Source of the DNA: Gemmatimonadales bacterium | GTDB lineage: Bacteria; Gemmatimonadota; Gemmatimonadetes; Gemmatimonadales; GWC2-71-9 | Assembly (NCBI GenBank): GCA_041577295.1 | Contig: JBFGJG010000016.1 | Location: 1-64,000 of the forward strand | Direction: 5' to 3' | DNA length: 64,000 nucleotides | Part shown: piece after piece, positions 45,751 through 55,101 of the stretch | How the letters are laid out: every line of letters starts with the position of its first letter | Numbering within the stretch: position 1 is the first letter of the stretch | Translations under genes and position numbers: made by a program | The notes under the pieces: model-generated | Databases searched by the model: none | Told to the model about the DNA's origin: nothing | What the model saw: the letters and a program-made list of their open reading frames with translations, nothing else

Positions 45751-47985
45751 ATGCCAAACCAATCCCTCGACCCGATTCTTCGCCCACAGTCGATCGCCCT
45801 CATCGGTGCGTCACGACAGCCCAACACCATCGGGTGGCACATCCTCGACAACCTACTCAAGCATGGGTTCCAGGGACCGATCTACCCCGTGAACCCGCAC
45901 GCGACCGCGATTCATTCGGTCCCCGCGTACAAGGCGATCGGCAGCGTGCCCGGTCCGGTAGACCTCGCGGTGATTGCGGTTCCCAAGGAGCATGTGGTGA
46001 ACGTCGTGCGGGAGTGCGTCGACGCGAAGGTAAAAGGCCTCGTAGTGATATCGGCGGGCTTCAAGGAGGTCGGAGGAGCGGGCATTGAACGAGAGCGTGA
46101 GCTGCGTGACGTCGTCGCATCGTCCGGAATCCGCATGGTGGGGCCCAACTGCCTCGGCGTCATCAACACCGAGCCGGGCGTTCGGATGAACGCCACCTTT
46201 GCGCCGAACATGCCACCCCCGGGTCCGGTGGGATTCATCAGCCAGTCCGGCGCGATGGGGCTCAGCGTGCTCGACTACGCACAGAGTCTGGGGATCGGGA
46301 TTTCGATGTTTGTGTCGTCGGGCAACAAGGCCGATGTGAGTGGCAACGATTTGCTCGAGTACTGGAGTGACGATCCCGGTACCCAGGTTATCCTCATGTA
46401 TATCGAGAGCTTCGGCAATCCCGAAAAGTTCGTGGAGCTGGGGCGCCGGATCACGCGCGACAAGCCAATCTGCATCGTGAAGTCCGGTCGCACCGGCGCG
46501 GGCGAGCGTGCGGCGGCCTCGCACACCGGTGCGCTGGCGGGTACCGAGCTCGCCACCGACGCGCTCATCGCGCAAGCCGGTGCGATCCGAGCCCAAACGG
46601 TTGAGGAGCTGTTCGACCTTGCCATGGCCTTCGCCAATCAGCCACTTCCCGCCGGGAACCGGGTGGCGATCGTCACGAACGCGGGCGGGCCTGGGATCAT
46701 CCTCGCCGACGCATGCGAGGTGCACGGCTTAGAGGTACCGCACTTAGGCAGTGAGACCGTCGAGTTGCTGCGCTCCAAGTTGCCCGAGGAGGCTAGCGTC
46801 AAGAATCCGGTGGACCTGATTGCGAGCGCCACGCCCAAGAGCTACGAGTTTGCCCTGCAGTCGGTGTTCGACGATCCGCACGTCGACGCCGCCATTGCGG
46901 CCTTCGTGCCGCCACTGGGAATCCAGGCCAAGGACGTGGCCGAGGCGATCGTACGGGTCAATAGACAACACCCCGAGAAACCACTGCTCGCCGTGCTCAT
47001 GGGGAAAGAAGGGGTGCCGGCCGGGATGGCTGAGCTCCATGAAGCCCGGGTGCCCGCGTACATCTTTCCGGAGTCCGCCGCGCGCGCACTGGGCGCGTTG
47101 TGGCGCCAGCGACGGCGAATCAACCGTCCGAGCGGCGAAGTGCTCGAATTCGATACGGACGATGCCACTGTAAAAAGCGTGATCGATGGAACGCTGGCAG
47201 AGAAGCGACACAAACTTTCCGAACCCGATGCCATGCGTTTGCTCGAGGCGTACGGCATTGAAGTACTCCCGTGGGAGTACGTAACCAAGGACAGTCCGAC
47301 GAGCCTGGCGGCCGCAGCGGGAGAAGCCGCTACCCGCATCGGCTTTCCGGTAGCGATCAAGATCGTGAGCCCAGATATCATCCACAAAACCGACGTGGGG
47401 GGCGTACAGCTCGGTCTCAAGTCCAAGACCGAGGTTGAACGGGCGGTCCGGTCGATGGTCAAACGCGTCACCGAAGCATGGGGCGGTGGGCAATCCAAGG
47501 ACGGCGCGACTGCACGTGCGAGCCAGGGATCCGGGAACGCCGGGGCACCCACCGGTCATGGAGCGGCTGCCACCGCGACGGCGACAGTTGCTGAGCCACG
47601 TATCGGCGGTGTGTTGGTACAGCAGATGGCTGGGGACGGGATTGAGACGATCGTCGGGCTGACGCGCGTGTCCGGAGTCGGTCCGCTCGTCATGTTTGGG
47701 CTCGGTGGCATTTACGTAGAGGTGATGCGGGATGTCGTGCTGCGGCTGAGTCCCGTTCGTGATAGTGACGCGAGACAGATGGTGGCCAGCGTGAGACTCC
47801 ACAAGCTGCTCGAAGGCGTGCGTGGGCAGAAGCCGCGTGACGTCGCAGCGTTGGCCGAAGCGATCATGCGACTCTCCCAGCTGGCGCAGCGCCACCCCCG
47901 CATTAGCGAGATGGATATCAATCCGCTACTGGCCCTCGAACGCGGCAGCGTGGCGATCGATGCGAGAGTGCAACTGAGGGAGTAG
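45751..47985 (+). CDS. ADP-forming acyl/acetate-CoA ligase (fused alpha/beta)
   Basis: IGAS, GPNCLG, SQSG, GNKAD, SHTGAL (phospho-His), TNAGG, HKTDVGGV, FGLGG, DINPL; no GNAT domain. Confidence 0.88.
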   Translation: MPNQSLDPILRPQSIALIGASRQPNTIGWHILDNLLKHGFQGPIYPVNPHATAIHSVPAYKAIGSVPGPVDLAVIAVPKEHVVNVVRECVDAKVKGLVVISAGFKEVGGAGIERERELRDVVASSGIRMVGPNCLGVINTEPGVRMNATFAPNMPPPGPVGFISQSGAMGLSVLDYAQSLGIGISMFVSSGNKADVSGNDLLEYWSDDPGTQVILMYIESFGNPEKFVELGRRITRDKPICIVKSGRTGAGERAAASHTGALAGTELATDALIAQAGAIRAQTVEELFDLAMAFANQPLPAGNRVAIVTNAGGPGIILADACEVHGLEVPHLGSETVELLRSKLPEEASVKNPVDLIASATPKSYEFALQSVFDDPHVDAAIAAFVPPLGIQAKDVAEAIVRVNRQHPEKPLLAVLMGKEGVPAGMAELHEARVPAYIFPESAARALGALWRQRRRINRPSGEVLEFDTDDATVKSVIDGTLAEKRHKLSEPDAMRLLEAYGIEVLPWEYVTKDSPTSLAAAAGEAATRIGFPVAIKIVSPDIIHKTDVGGVQLGLKSKTEVERAVRSMVKRVTEAWGGGQSKDGATARASQGSGNAGAPTGHGAAATATATVAEPRIGGVLVQQMAGDGIETIVGLTRVSGVGPLVMFGLGGIYVEVMRDVVLRLSPVRDSDARQMVASVRLHKLLEGVRGQKPRDVAALAEAIMRLSQLAQRHPRISEMDINPLLALERGSVAIDARVQLRE

Positions 47986-48021
47986 GGAGTGGAACAGCCG
48001 CGAAGCCAAGGAGAAGGTTTT

Positions 48022-50085
48022 ATGAGTAGAGAGCGACGTAGGAACATCGGTCCGATTCCCGTGTTGCCTCTCCTTTTCACGGTCATAATCGTCACCGATG
48101 CCGTCGCCCAACAGCCCGCCGAAGCGGTTCGGCTCGAGGCGACTCCCACGCGGTTGGTCGCTACCGCGGGGGACTCGGTGCGCCTCACCGTCTCCGCATA
48201 CGACGCCAGCGGCAATCAGATCCAGGTTCCGGTGCGAATCGCCGCACCGCGACGCGCAGTGAACGTGGTGCCTTGGTACCGGAGCGGTTACGTGCGGGCG
48301 CTCACGGCCGGTGAACATGAGATCATTGCCGTCGTCGTGAATCGAGACCCACGAGCCGAACCGATTTCCCTCACTGTGCCCATCACTGTTAGGTGGCCTC
48401 CGGTCACGCAGATCGTCATCGAGCACGATGCGGCTCGATTGTATCACGGTACGACCCTGCGCCACGAGGCAAGGGCCTTGCACGCCGACGGATCGGAGCG
48501 ACCCGATCCGGCCATCACATGGCGCAGCATCGATCCGTCCGTGGCCACGGTAGACCGCTTTGGTCATGTGACCGCGGTCGGTGAGGGCACCGTAACCATC
48601 GAAGCCAGCTTCGAGGGCGCGCGTGGCAGCGCCCGGCATCAAGTCACGCCTCTTCCCGCCGCGACGCTCGACCTCACCGGCGGCGCTGATGAAGTTCGCA
48701 CTGGTGACGTCCAGCAGTTCACGGTCGTCGCCCGCAACGCGGCAGGCCGTCCGATTCCCGATGTGCCGATCGTCTGGACGCACGCGTTTACCCCGGCAGA
48801 GGGTATCATCGCACCCGCGGCACCCGGCCAAATAGAAGGCGGTCGCTTCGTCGCGGATGTGCCCGGTGTGTACACCGTCATGGCGTCAGCCGGGCCGCTG
48901 AGCGCCCGCAAAGCGTTCCGTGTTACGAAGCGGGATGTCGTACGGCGGGTGAACGTGCTGGGCCAAGGTCAGATCAAGGATCACTACACGAGCGATTTCT
49001 GGGTGTTCGAGGGGGTCAACGGTCGGGATTACGCGCTCACGGGCTCCCGTCAGGCACAGAGTCACGCGTTCGTGTGGGACGTCACCGACCCAACAAACAT
49101 CTTCAAGACCGACTCCATTCAGGTCGACGCCCGCTCGGTAAACGACGTCAAGGTCTCGCCCAACGCTCGCTATGGCGTGATCAGCCGAGAGGGAGCCTCG
49201 AACCGTCGTAACGGTGTGGTGATTCTCGACCTCGCCGATCCCGCACACCCAAAGATTGCGGCGACGTTCGACGAGGGTCTCACAGGTGGCGTCCACAACG
49301 TGTTTGCGACGAACGACTATCTGTTTGCGCTCTCTGGCGGCGACAAGTACCTGATCATCGATGTGCGCGACATCTACAACCCGAGGTACGTCAGCGAATA
49401 CGACCACCCCAACAGCCGAATCCACGACGTATGGGTGGACGACGGCATCGCCTACTCGGCGGAGTGGCAAACCGGAGTCGTCGTGGTGGACGTCGGAAAC
49501 GGACGGTGGGGCGGGTCGATCGAACACCCGAAGCTCGTGACCGTGGTGCCCATTCCCACCGGAAGGACGCACGCGATCTTCCCGTATCGGCAGGAGTCGA
49601 CGGGCAAGTTCTATCTCTTCGTTGGCGACGAGATCATTGGACGGCGCGGGCTCGCCTGGGAGGGCACCGGGCCCGACATCCGGATGCCGTACGACCCCGC
49701 GACCGGACGGGGAGGATATCCTCGTGCGACCGCGGGCTACATCCAGATCGTCGACTTCACCGATCCTGAAGACGCCAAGATGGTGGCCCGCTACGAAGTG
49801 AGTGAGTACGGGACGCACAACATGTGGGTGGAGGAGGACATCCTCTACCAGGCGTATTACGAGGGCGGTGTGCGCATGGTGGATGTGTCGGGGGAGCTCA
49901 TGGGAAATCTCTACACACAGAACCGAGAGATTGCCGTGTTCAAGGCTCATGATCCCATCGGTTGGATCCCCAACGCGCCCGCTGCCTGGTCGGTGATGCC
50001 GTTCAAGGGAAACATCTTCTTCTCGGACAACACCAGCGGCCTCTGGTCGATCCGGCTGATGCCAAGTGAGGAGCTGACACCGTGA
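48022..50085 (+). CDS. Secreted Big_2 + LVIVD-repeat protein
   Basis: Signal peptide, WRSIDPSVATVD, repeated ..IxDVxDP strands, GGVHN, HDVWV, THNMWV. Confidence 0.8.
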   Translation: MSRERRRNIGPIPVLPLLFTVIIVTDAVAQQPAEAVRLEATPTRLVATAGDSVRLTVSAYDASGNQIQVPVRIAAPRRAVNVVPWYRSGYVRALTAGEHEIIAVVVNRDPRAEPISLTVPITVRWPPVTQIVIEHDAARLYHGTTLRHEARALHADGSERPDPAITWRSIDPSVATVDRFGHVTAVGEGTVTIEASFEGARGSARHQVTPLPAATLDLTGGADEVRTGDVQQFTVVARNAAGRPIPDVPIVWTHAFTPAEGIIAPAAPGQIEGGRFVADVPGVYTVMASAGPLSARKAFRVTKRDVVRRVNVLGQGQIKDHYTSDFWVFEGVNGRDYALTGSRQAQSHAFVWDVTDPTNIFKTDSIQVDARSVNDVKVSPNARYGVISREGASNRRNGVVILDLADPAHPKIAATFDEGLTGGVHNVFATNDYLFALSGGDKYLIIDVRDIYNPRYVSEYDHPNSRIHDVWVDDGIAYSAEWQTGVVVVDVGNGRWGGSIEHPKLVTVVPIPTGRTHAIFPYRQESTGKFYLFVGDEIIGRRGLAWEGTGPDIRMPYDPATGRGGYPRATAGYIQIVDFTDPEDAKMVARYEVSEYGTHNMWVEEDILYQAYYEGGVRMVDVSGELMGNLYTQNREIAVFKAHDPIGWIPNAPAAWSVMPFKGNIFFSDNTSGLWSIRLMPSEELTP

Positions 50086-50163
50086 AATGCTGGAACGCCG
50101 AAAAGACGGAAGGATAGAACGTCGGGAGGATAAACTTTCCGGCCCTGCGACCTCCCATCCCCT

Positions 50164-51024
50164 CTATTGTCCCAGCACTCCGAGCGGACTCACCGGACAA
50201 AGCATCGGTGACTCATCAATGATGTGGCGTAGCGGACGCACGTGTCCGCTGCCGACGATCGCGAGGACTCGCCGATCGCCCGGGTGCACGGCCCGCCATA
50301 TGAGGTGGGCCATCCGAAAGTTGCGGTCATACCAACTGGCCAGCATCATGGGGCCCCCGAAATTATCGCGGGTGCCACGGCTCAGGTTGGGAAACATGAG
50401 ATCGTGGTTGCCTCGCAACTTGCTATCACCATTCAACCACATGAGATACTCGATGATCGTGGACCGCCGTAGTCGGTCGGTCTCCTCCCGTTCGATCGCC
50501 TTCGGATCGCGCGTCTGATAGGAGATTTTGTTCTCGGGTTCGAACCCCCGCTCCCACAACGCCGCAGCCGAATCATTACCGAGCCTCATCGGGTAGTCGA
50601 TGCCGTACACCGTCCCGTGGTTCAGCAGCAAAGCGAGCCGCATGCCCACCTGCTGTGTCTCGTCTCGCGCGGTCATCGGCGCTCCTGTCTCGAGCCTTCG
50701 CAACGCCGAATCGAGTTTTGCCTGACCGCGGTACGAATGCTCGACCGCGATGCGATCCGGGCGCCATGAGGCCAGGCGCCGGGCCAGCTCCTCGAGCTCG
50801 CGCTGGCGTTTTGGCGCGCGTACGTCGTCCGCCTCGACGTTTACCTCGTCGAGACCGGGGTTGGCCATGTGGAACGTGCCGAGCAACATGACCTGGACCT
50901 GGTCCGGGCGACACGTGGGCCACCCAGAAAGTGGGGCGTGTGAAGCATCGGCCGTCCCCTGCGCTGCGACCGGAATTGCTCCACTCATTAAGAGAAGGGC
51001 AAGCATGAGGCGAGACATCAGCAT
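50164..51024 (-). CDS. DUF5694-like secreted protein (TraB/EreA-related)
   Basis: LLGTFHM, PDRIAVE, ETQQVG, WYDRNFRM, RVLAIVGSGH. Confidence 0.75.
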   Translation of the reverse strand: MLMSRLMLALLLMSGAIPVAAQGTADASHAPLSGWPTCRPDQVQVMLLGTFHMANPGLDEVNVEADDVRAPKRQRELEELARRLASWRPDRIAVEHSYRGQAKLDSALRRLETGAPMTARDETQQVGMRLALLLNHGTVYGIDYPMRLGNDSAAALWERGFEPENKISYQTRDPKAIEREETDRLRRSTIIEYLMWLNGDSKLRGNHDLMFPNLSRGTRDNFGGPMMLASWYDRNFRMAHLIWRAVHPGDRRVLAIVGSGHVRPLRHIIDESPMLCPVSPLGVLGQ

Positions 51025-51158
51025 GAGTGAATCCTCCAGCCGTTAGGACACGCCTTTACAGGGCGACACAAAGTGCGCCGGCAGGCAACGCGATCGCTCT
51101 GCTCCCACATGTTTAGAAGAGTGAACAGAAGGTATGGTTTACTCGCCGCCGCCCCGAC

Positions 51159-52250
51159 TCACCGCGCGTCCTCCATCTTCCAGAACGCGATCCCACCGGC
51201 TTGCTGACCAACGTCCACTGAGGCGACGAGCTTGCGAGACGCGACCTCGTAGATATCGACCTTGCCCGGCTGAGCGCCCACATTCTCCGCGCTGACAAAT
51301 GCGTAGCGGTTGTCAGGAGAGACTACGACGCCGTGAGTGATCGTGCCGCTGGTTGGGACGATCCCGAGGCTCTTCCATGACCGGAGATCGAAGAACTGCA
51401 CAGCGTTCCCCTGCTTCAGCGTGGCAATCAGGGTCTTACCATTTGGACTCACTGCCAGGTTGTACGGCCCCCTGCCGGTCTCGATGGTCCGTACTACCGT
51501 GAGATCCTCGGACGCCACCTCGAGAATCCGATCGCCGCGATTGCACGCGACATAGATACGGTCGCCCGCCGGAACCGGTGCCGCCCACGTCGGTGCGCAT
51601 GCCGGTGACGATTGCGAGTTGGGCAGGGATGCTGCACTGACGGCCGTGGCTACGTCGAGGCGTCGCGTCACCTGGAACGTTCTCGTGTCGAGCTCGACCA
51701 CGAGATCATCGACTACACATCCGGAGTACGCCTGCAACCCGTTGGAATGGATGCGCATTCCGTGCGGCTGTGTGCAGGTCACCGTTTGGGTCACTTCGAC
51801 GAGATCGGGTGTGTACACTACAGACACCGTGGACGGCTCACGCTCGCCGTGGAGGTTGAAGTTTGCCACGAAGGCATAGAGACCGTCTGGTGTCACATCG
51901 AGTGTGGATGGAAATCTCCCAAGGTAGATGGGGGTTCCCACGACGGTGTCGGGACCGGCCTCGATCTTCCAGAGCTTTCCGTCTGGAATCCCGTGTCCGG
52001 TGGTCAAGAAGAGATACTTTCCATCGGGCGATACTCTGAGCCCGTGGGGACCTTCGGTCTCGGCAAACAGCTCACCCACGACGGTCGTGTGCTCGAGCAC
52101 AGCCCCATCCGGTCCAAACCGGATGCGGTGCAACAGATCCGCCGATTCCGCAGCGACGTACACCCAATAGTTCGAGGCCGGCCGTTGTGCCTCGCCGGAC
52201 CGCGCGCTACTGAGCAGGATCAGAACGAAGACGCCAAGTCTTGCAAGCAT
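51159..52250 (-). CDS. YncE/YVTN beta-propeller protein
   Basis: Signal peptide, EGPHG, repeated SPDG/TPDG/SPNG blades, VGQQAGGIAFW. Confidence 0.85.
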   Translation of the reverse strand: MLARLGVFVLILLSSARSGEAQRPASNYWVYVAAESADLLHRIRFGPDGAVLEHTTVVGELFAETEGPHGLRVSPDGKYLFLTTGHGIPDGKLWKIEAGPDTVVGTPIYLGRFPSTLDVTPDGLYAFVANFNLHGEREPSTVSVVYTPDLVEVTQTVTCTQPHGMRIHSNGLQAYSGCVVDDLVVELDTRTFQVTRRLDVATAVSAASLPNSQSSPACAPTWAAPVPAGDRIYVACNRGDRILEVASEDLTVVRTIETGRGPYNLAVSPNGKTLIATLKQGNAVQFFDLRSWKSLGIVPTSGTITHGVVVSPDNRYAFVSAENVGAQPGKVDIYEVASRKLVASVDVGQQAGGIAFWKMEDAR

Positions 52251-52255
52251 GCTCT

Positions 52256-53185
52256 TTAGGTCTCTTCCGGACTGCCAACCATGTAACAGTAGTCACCCGG
52301 CTGGACAACGTTCCTGGTGAGGTGCGAGAGAATCATGATGCCGCGGGGGACAGGGTTGTCGATCTCCTGCAGGATCTCGAACGTGTGAGCACTCCGCACG
52401 CGACCGAGCAACACACCTTCGTCGATAGACGCTCCCAACGGCGGGGCCACACTCTCGAGAACCCCCCCGTATCTCGGGCGGATCGTCGTGATCTCATTGA
52501 CGATCACCTGGTCTGGCAACGGGGCTCGCGGACCATCGAGCATCTCCAGCACCCGCATCAGATTGACGATCCCCTCTACCCCTCGAGTCACGTACGGTCG
52601 CTGATCGACTGAGCCACCCCCCAGCTCCACTGTTACGGAGGGAACACCGCGTTGTTCCGTGACCGAAACCGAGGTCCCCTCGAACGTCGTGCCGGTCTTT
52701 CCAGCGTTGGCGCGATACAGCACTCGCGATCCGAACTCGCGTGAAAGATGCTCTGCGTTTCGGATGTACACATAGTCCACGGTTGGCCGGTCTCCTCCCG
52801 AATGAAGATCGATGAATACATCGATCTTCGTTAGGAACCCTCGCGTGATCACTGCAGCCAACTGCTCCGTGAACCACCCACCCTCGTTGCCGGGAAACAC
52901 GCGATTCAAATTCTGATCGTCGAGCGGTGTGTGACGCCGATTCGCCTCGAACGCCAGTGGATTGGCAACGGGTAACAACAGCAGTCGGCCTCGAAATCGA
53001 CCGTTGGCAAACCGTCGTGCGGTTTCGAGCGTGATCTCCGTACCGGTCGGCTCGTTGCCGTGAATCGCCGCACAGATCCCAAGGGTCGGCCCATCGCCCT
53101 CACGCCCAACCACCTCGTGGAGATAGATCGCCAGCTCGGCGCCATTCGCTAGCGTGGCCACGGGCACACGCGTCACCGGATTCAC
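52256..53185 (-). CDS. Succinylglutamate desuccinylase/aspartoacylase (M14-like) deacylase
   Basis: AIHGNE, PVANP, NLNRVFPG, DLHSGG, TVELG. Confidence 0.9.
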   Translation of the reverse strand: MNPVTRVPVATLANGAELAIYLHEVVGREGDGPTLGICAAIHGNEPTGTEITLETARRFANGRFRGRLLLLPVANPLAFEANRRHTPLDDQNLNRVFPGNEGGWFTEQLAAVITRGFLTKIDVFIDLHSGGDRPTVDYVYIRNAEHLSREFGSRVLYRANAGKTGTTFEGTSVSVTEQRGVPSVTVELGGGSVDQRPYVTRGVEGIVNLMRVLEMLDGPRAPLPDQVIVNEITTIRPRYGGVLESVAPPLGASIDEGVLLGRVRSAHTFEILQEIDNPVPRGIMILSHLTRNVVQPGDYCYMVGSPEET

Positions 53186-53249
53186 TCCTTACTCCTCGTT
53201 GTCGTTTTGGCGGAATGAAGGGGATGATTCCCCCTTCCTATCCCCTGGC

Positions 53250-53277
53250 ACTGCTCACTGCTTACTGTTTACTGCTC
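53250..53277. repeat. Four tandem ACTGCTC-type heptamers overlapping a stop codon
   Basis: actgctc actgctt actgttt actgctc; same unit as 29611-29650. Confidence 0.8.
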
Positions 53278-54083
53278 ACCGCCCCTCTCGGATCCAGCCA
53301 ATCCCGCAGTCCATCTCCAAACAGGTTGAACCCCAGCACGGTGACCATGATAAACAAGCCCGGGATGGTGGAGAGCCAGGCGTGCGCTCGCAAAAAGCGC
53401 ATCCCGTAGGCGAGTGTCCAGCCCCACGTCGGCGTGGGCGGCTGCACACCGAATCCCAGAAAGCTCAGACCGGACTCTGCGACAACCGCTGTGCCAACGC
53501 CAAGGGTCGCCAACACCAGCACCGGTCCGATGGTGCTGGGTAGCACTTGCCGTACGAGAATGCGGCCGTGCGATGCGCCGACCGCCCGGGAGGCAACAAC
53601 GTACTCGCGTTCTGATTCGACCAGGGCAATGGAACGCACGACGCGCGCAAACTGAGTCCACAGCACGGCGGCAACGGCCACCCCGACGTTGAGCGCCCCA
53701 GGCCCGAGGGCAGCCACGAGCGCAAGCGCCAAGACAATCGGTGGGAATCCGAGGAACAGGTCGACGATGCGCATGAGCGTGTTGTCGAGCCAGCCCCGGT
53801 AGTAGCCAGCGAGTAGACCAACGACTGTCCCCACGAGCGCGGCGGCTGCGACCGATAGGAATCCGATGGCGACCGATATCCTGGCACCGAACGCCATCCG
53901 TGCCCAGAGATCGCGGCCAAAGTTATCCGTCCCGAGCCAGTGGGCGGCGGTTGGTCCCGACAATCGATTGGCCATGTCCATCTGCTCGGGATCGTATACG
54001 GCAATCCAGGGAGCCAATACGGCCAATAACACCATGGCAGCAACGAGCAATCCACCAATCACGAGGGATGGATGGCGCGTCAT
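53262..54083 (-). CDS. Peptide/nickel ABC transporter permease (DppC-like)
   Basis: HWLGTDNFGRD, EYVVASRAVGA, ESGLSFLGFG, FNLFGDGLRD. Confidence 0.92.
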   Translation of the reverse strand: MTRHPSLVIGGLLVAAMVLLAVLAPWIAVYDPEQMDMANRLSGPTAAHWLGTDNFGRDLWARMAFGARISVAIGFLSVAAAALVGTVVGLLAGYYRGWLDNTLMRIVDLFLGFPPIVLALALVAALGPGALNVGVAVAAVLWTQFARVVRSIALVESEREYVVASRAVGASHGRILVRQVLPSTIGPVLVLATLGVGTAVVAESGLSFLGFGVQPPTPTWGWTLAYGMRFLRAHAWLSTIPGLFIMVTVLGFNLFGDGLRDWLDPRGAVSSKQ

Positions 54084-55063
54084 ACCTCGAGCCTCATCCG
54101 CGGGTCGAGCGCGGCGGTCACGAGATCGACGGCGAGATTGACCAACGCGAACATCAGTGCAAACACCAACACGATGCCTTGGACCAACGGAAAGTCCCGT
54201 TGTGAGATGGCGGTGACCACCAGCTGCCCCAGCCCCGGCCACCCAAAGATGCTCTCCGTGAGCACCGCGCCACCGAGCAATGCACCAAACCGGAGCCCGA
54301 TTACGTTGACCACCGGTAGGAGCGCGTTGCGTAATGCATGCGTCACGATCACCCGGCGGTTCGCTACCCCTTTCCCCCTCGCCGCACGCACGTACTCCAC
54401 CTGAAGCACGTCGAGCATCGACGTGCGCACGAGCCGGCTCATGACCGCCGCGCTGTTGAGGGCGAGCGCGAAAGCGGGTAGTGCCAAATGGCGCAACGAT
54501 TCGCCCAGTACTCCTGGTCGCCCCCCAAGGGCGGCAAACAGCGCGTGGTGGAGCGATTCGCCGCGACCGACCGCCGGAAGCCAGTTGAGTTCCACTGCAA
54601 ACCAGAACATCAGGAGTATGCCGAGCCAAAACACGGGCATCGAGACCCCGAGCTGGGCGAACACCATGCTCCCGACGTCGATCGGAGAGCCACGACGCAG
54701 CGCGGCCAGCACGCCCAACGGGAGGCCCACCAACACCGCGATCAGCAAAGCCGCCACGGCCACCTCGACCGTGGCGGGAAGCCGACTGGCGATGGCAGCC
54801 ATGACAGACTCGCCGCGAAAGATCGAGTCTCCCAGATCGCCACGTGCCACGTTCGCGATGTAACGACCAAGCTGGACAGGCCACGGCTTGTCGAGGTCCA
54901 ACGACTTGCGCAATTGAGCAACGGCCTCTGGCGTCGCATCCTGACCCAGAAAAACCACCGCCGGGTCCCCAGGAACGAGGCGCATCAACGCAAACACCAC
55001 CACCACGACCCCAAGCAGGAGGGGAACTAGCAGAAGGAGACGCTTGAGGGTGTAACGGAGCAT
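54080..55063 (-). CDS. Peptide/nickel ABC transporter permease (DppB-like)
   Basis: MLRYTLKR, PGDP, GDLG, EYVRAARGKG, HALRNA, ESIFGWPGLG, LDPR. Confidence 0.92.
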   Translation of the reverse strand: MLRYTLKRLLLLVPLLLGVVVVVFALMRLVPGDPAVVFLGQDATPEAVAQLRKSLDLDKPWPVQLGRYIANVARGDLGDSIFRGESVMAAIASRLPATVEVAVAALLIAVLVGLPLGVLAALRRGSPIDVGSMVFAQLGVSMPVFWLGILLMFWFAVELNWLPAVGRGESLHHALFAALGGRPGVLGESLRHLALPAFALALNSAAVMSRLVRTSMLDVLQVEYVRAARGKGVANRRVIVTHALRNALLPVVNVIGLRFGALLGGAVLTESIFGWPGLGQLVVTAISQRDFPLVQGIVLVFALMFALVNLAVDLVTAALDPRMRLEV

Positions 55064-55101
55064 TGCGGGGCCGAGGGGTGCCTGGTGCGAGCCGGCTGAC
55101 C

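Noticed and set aside
45751..47985. Pat/PatZ protein lysine acetyltransferase regulating Acs
   Set aside because: No GNAT domain, and the phospho-His (SHTG) is retained.
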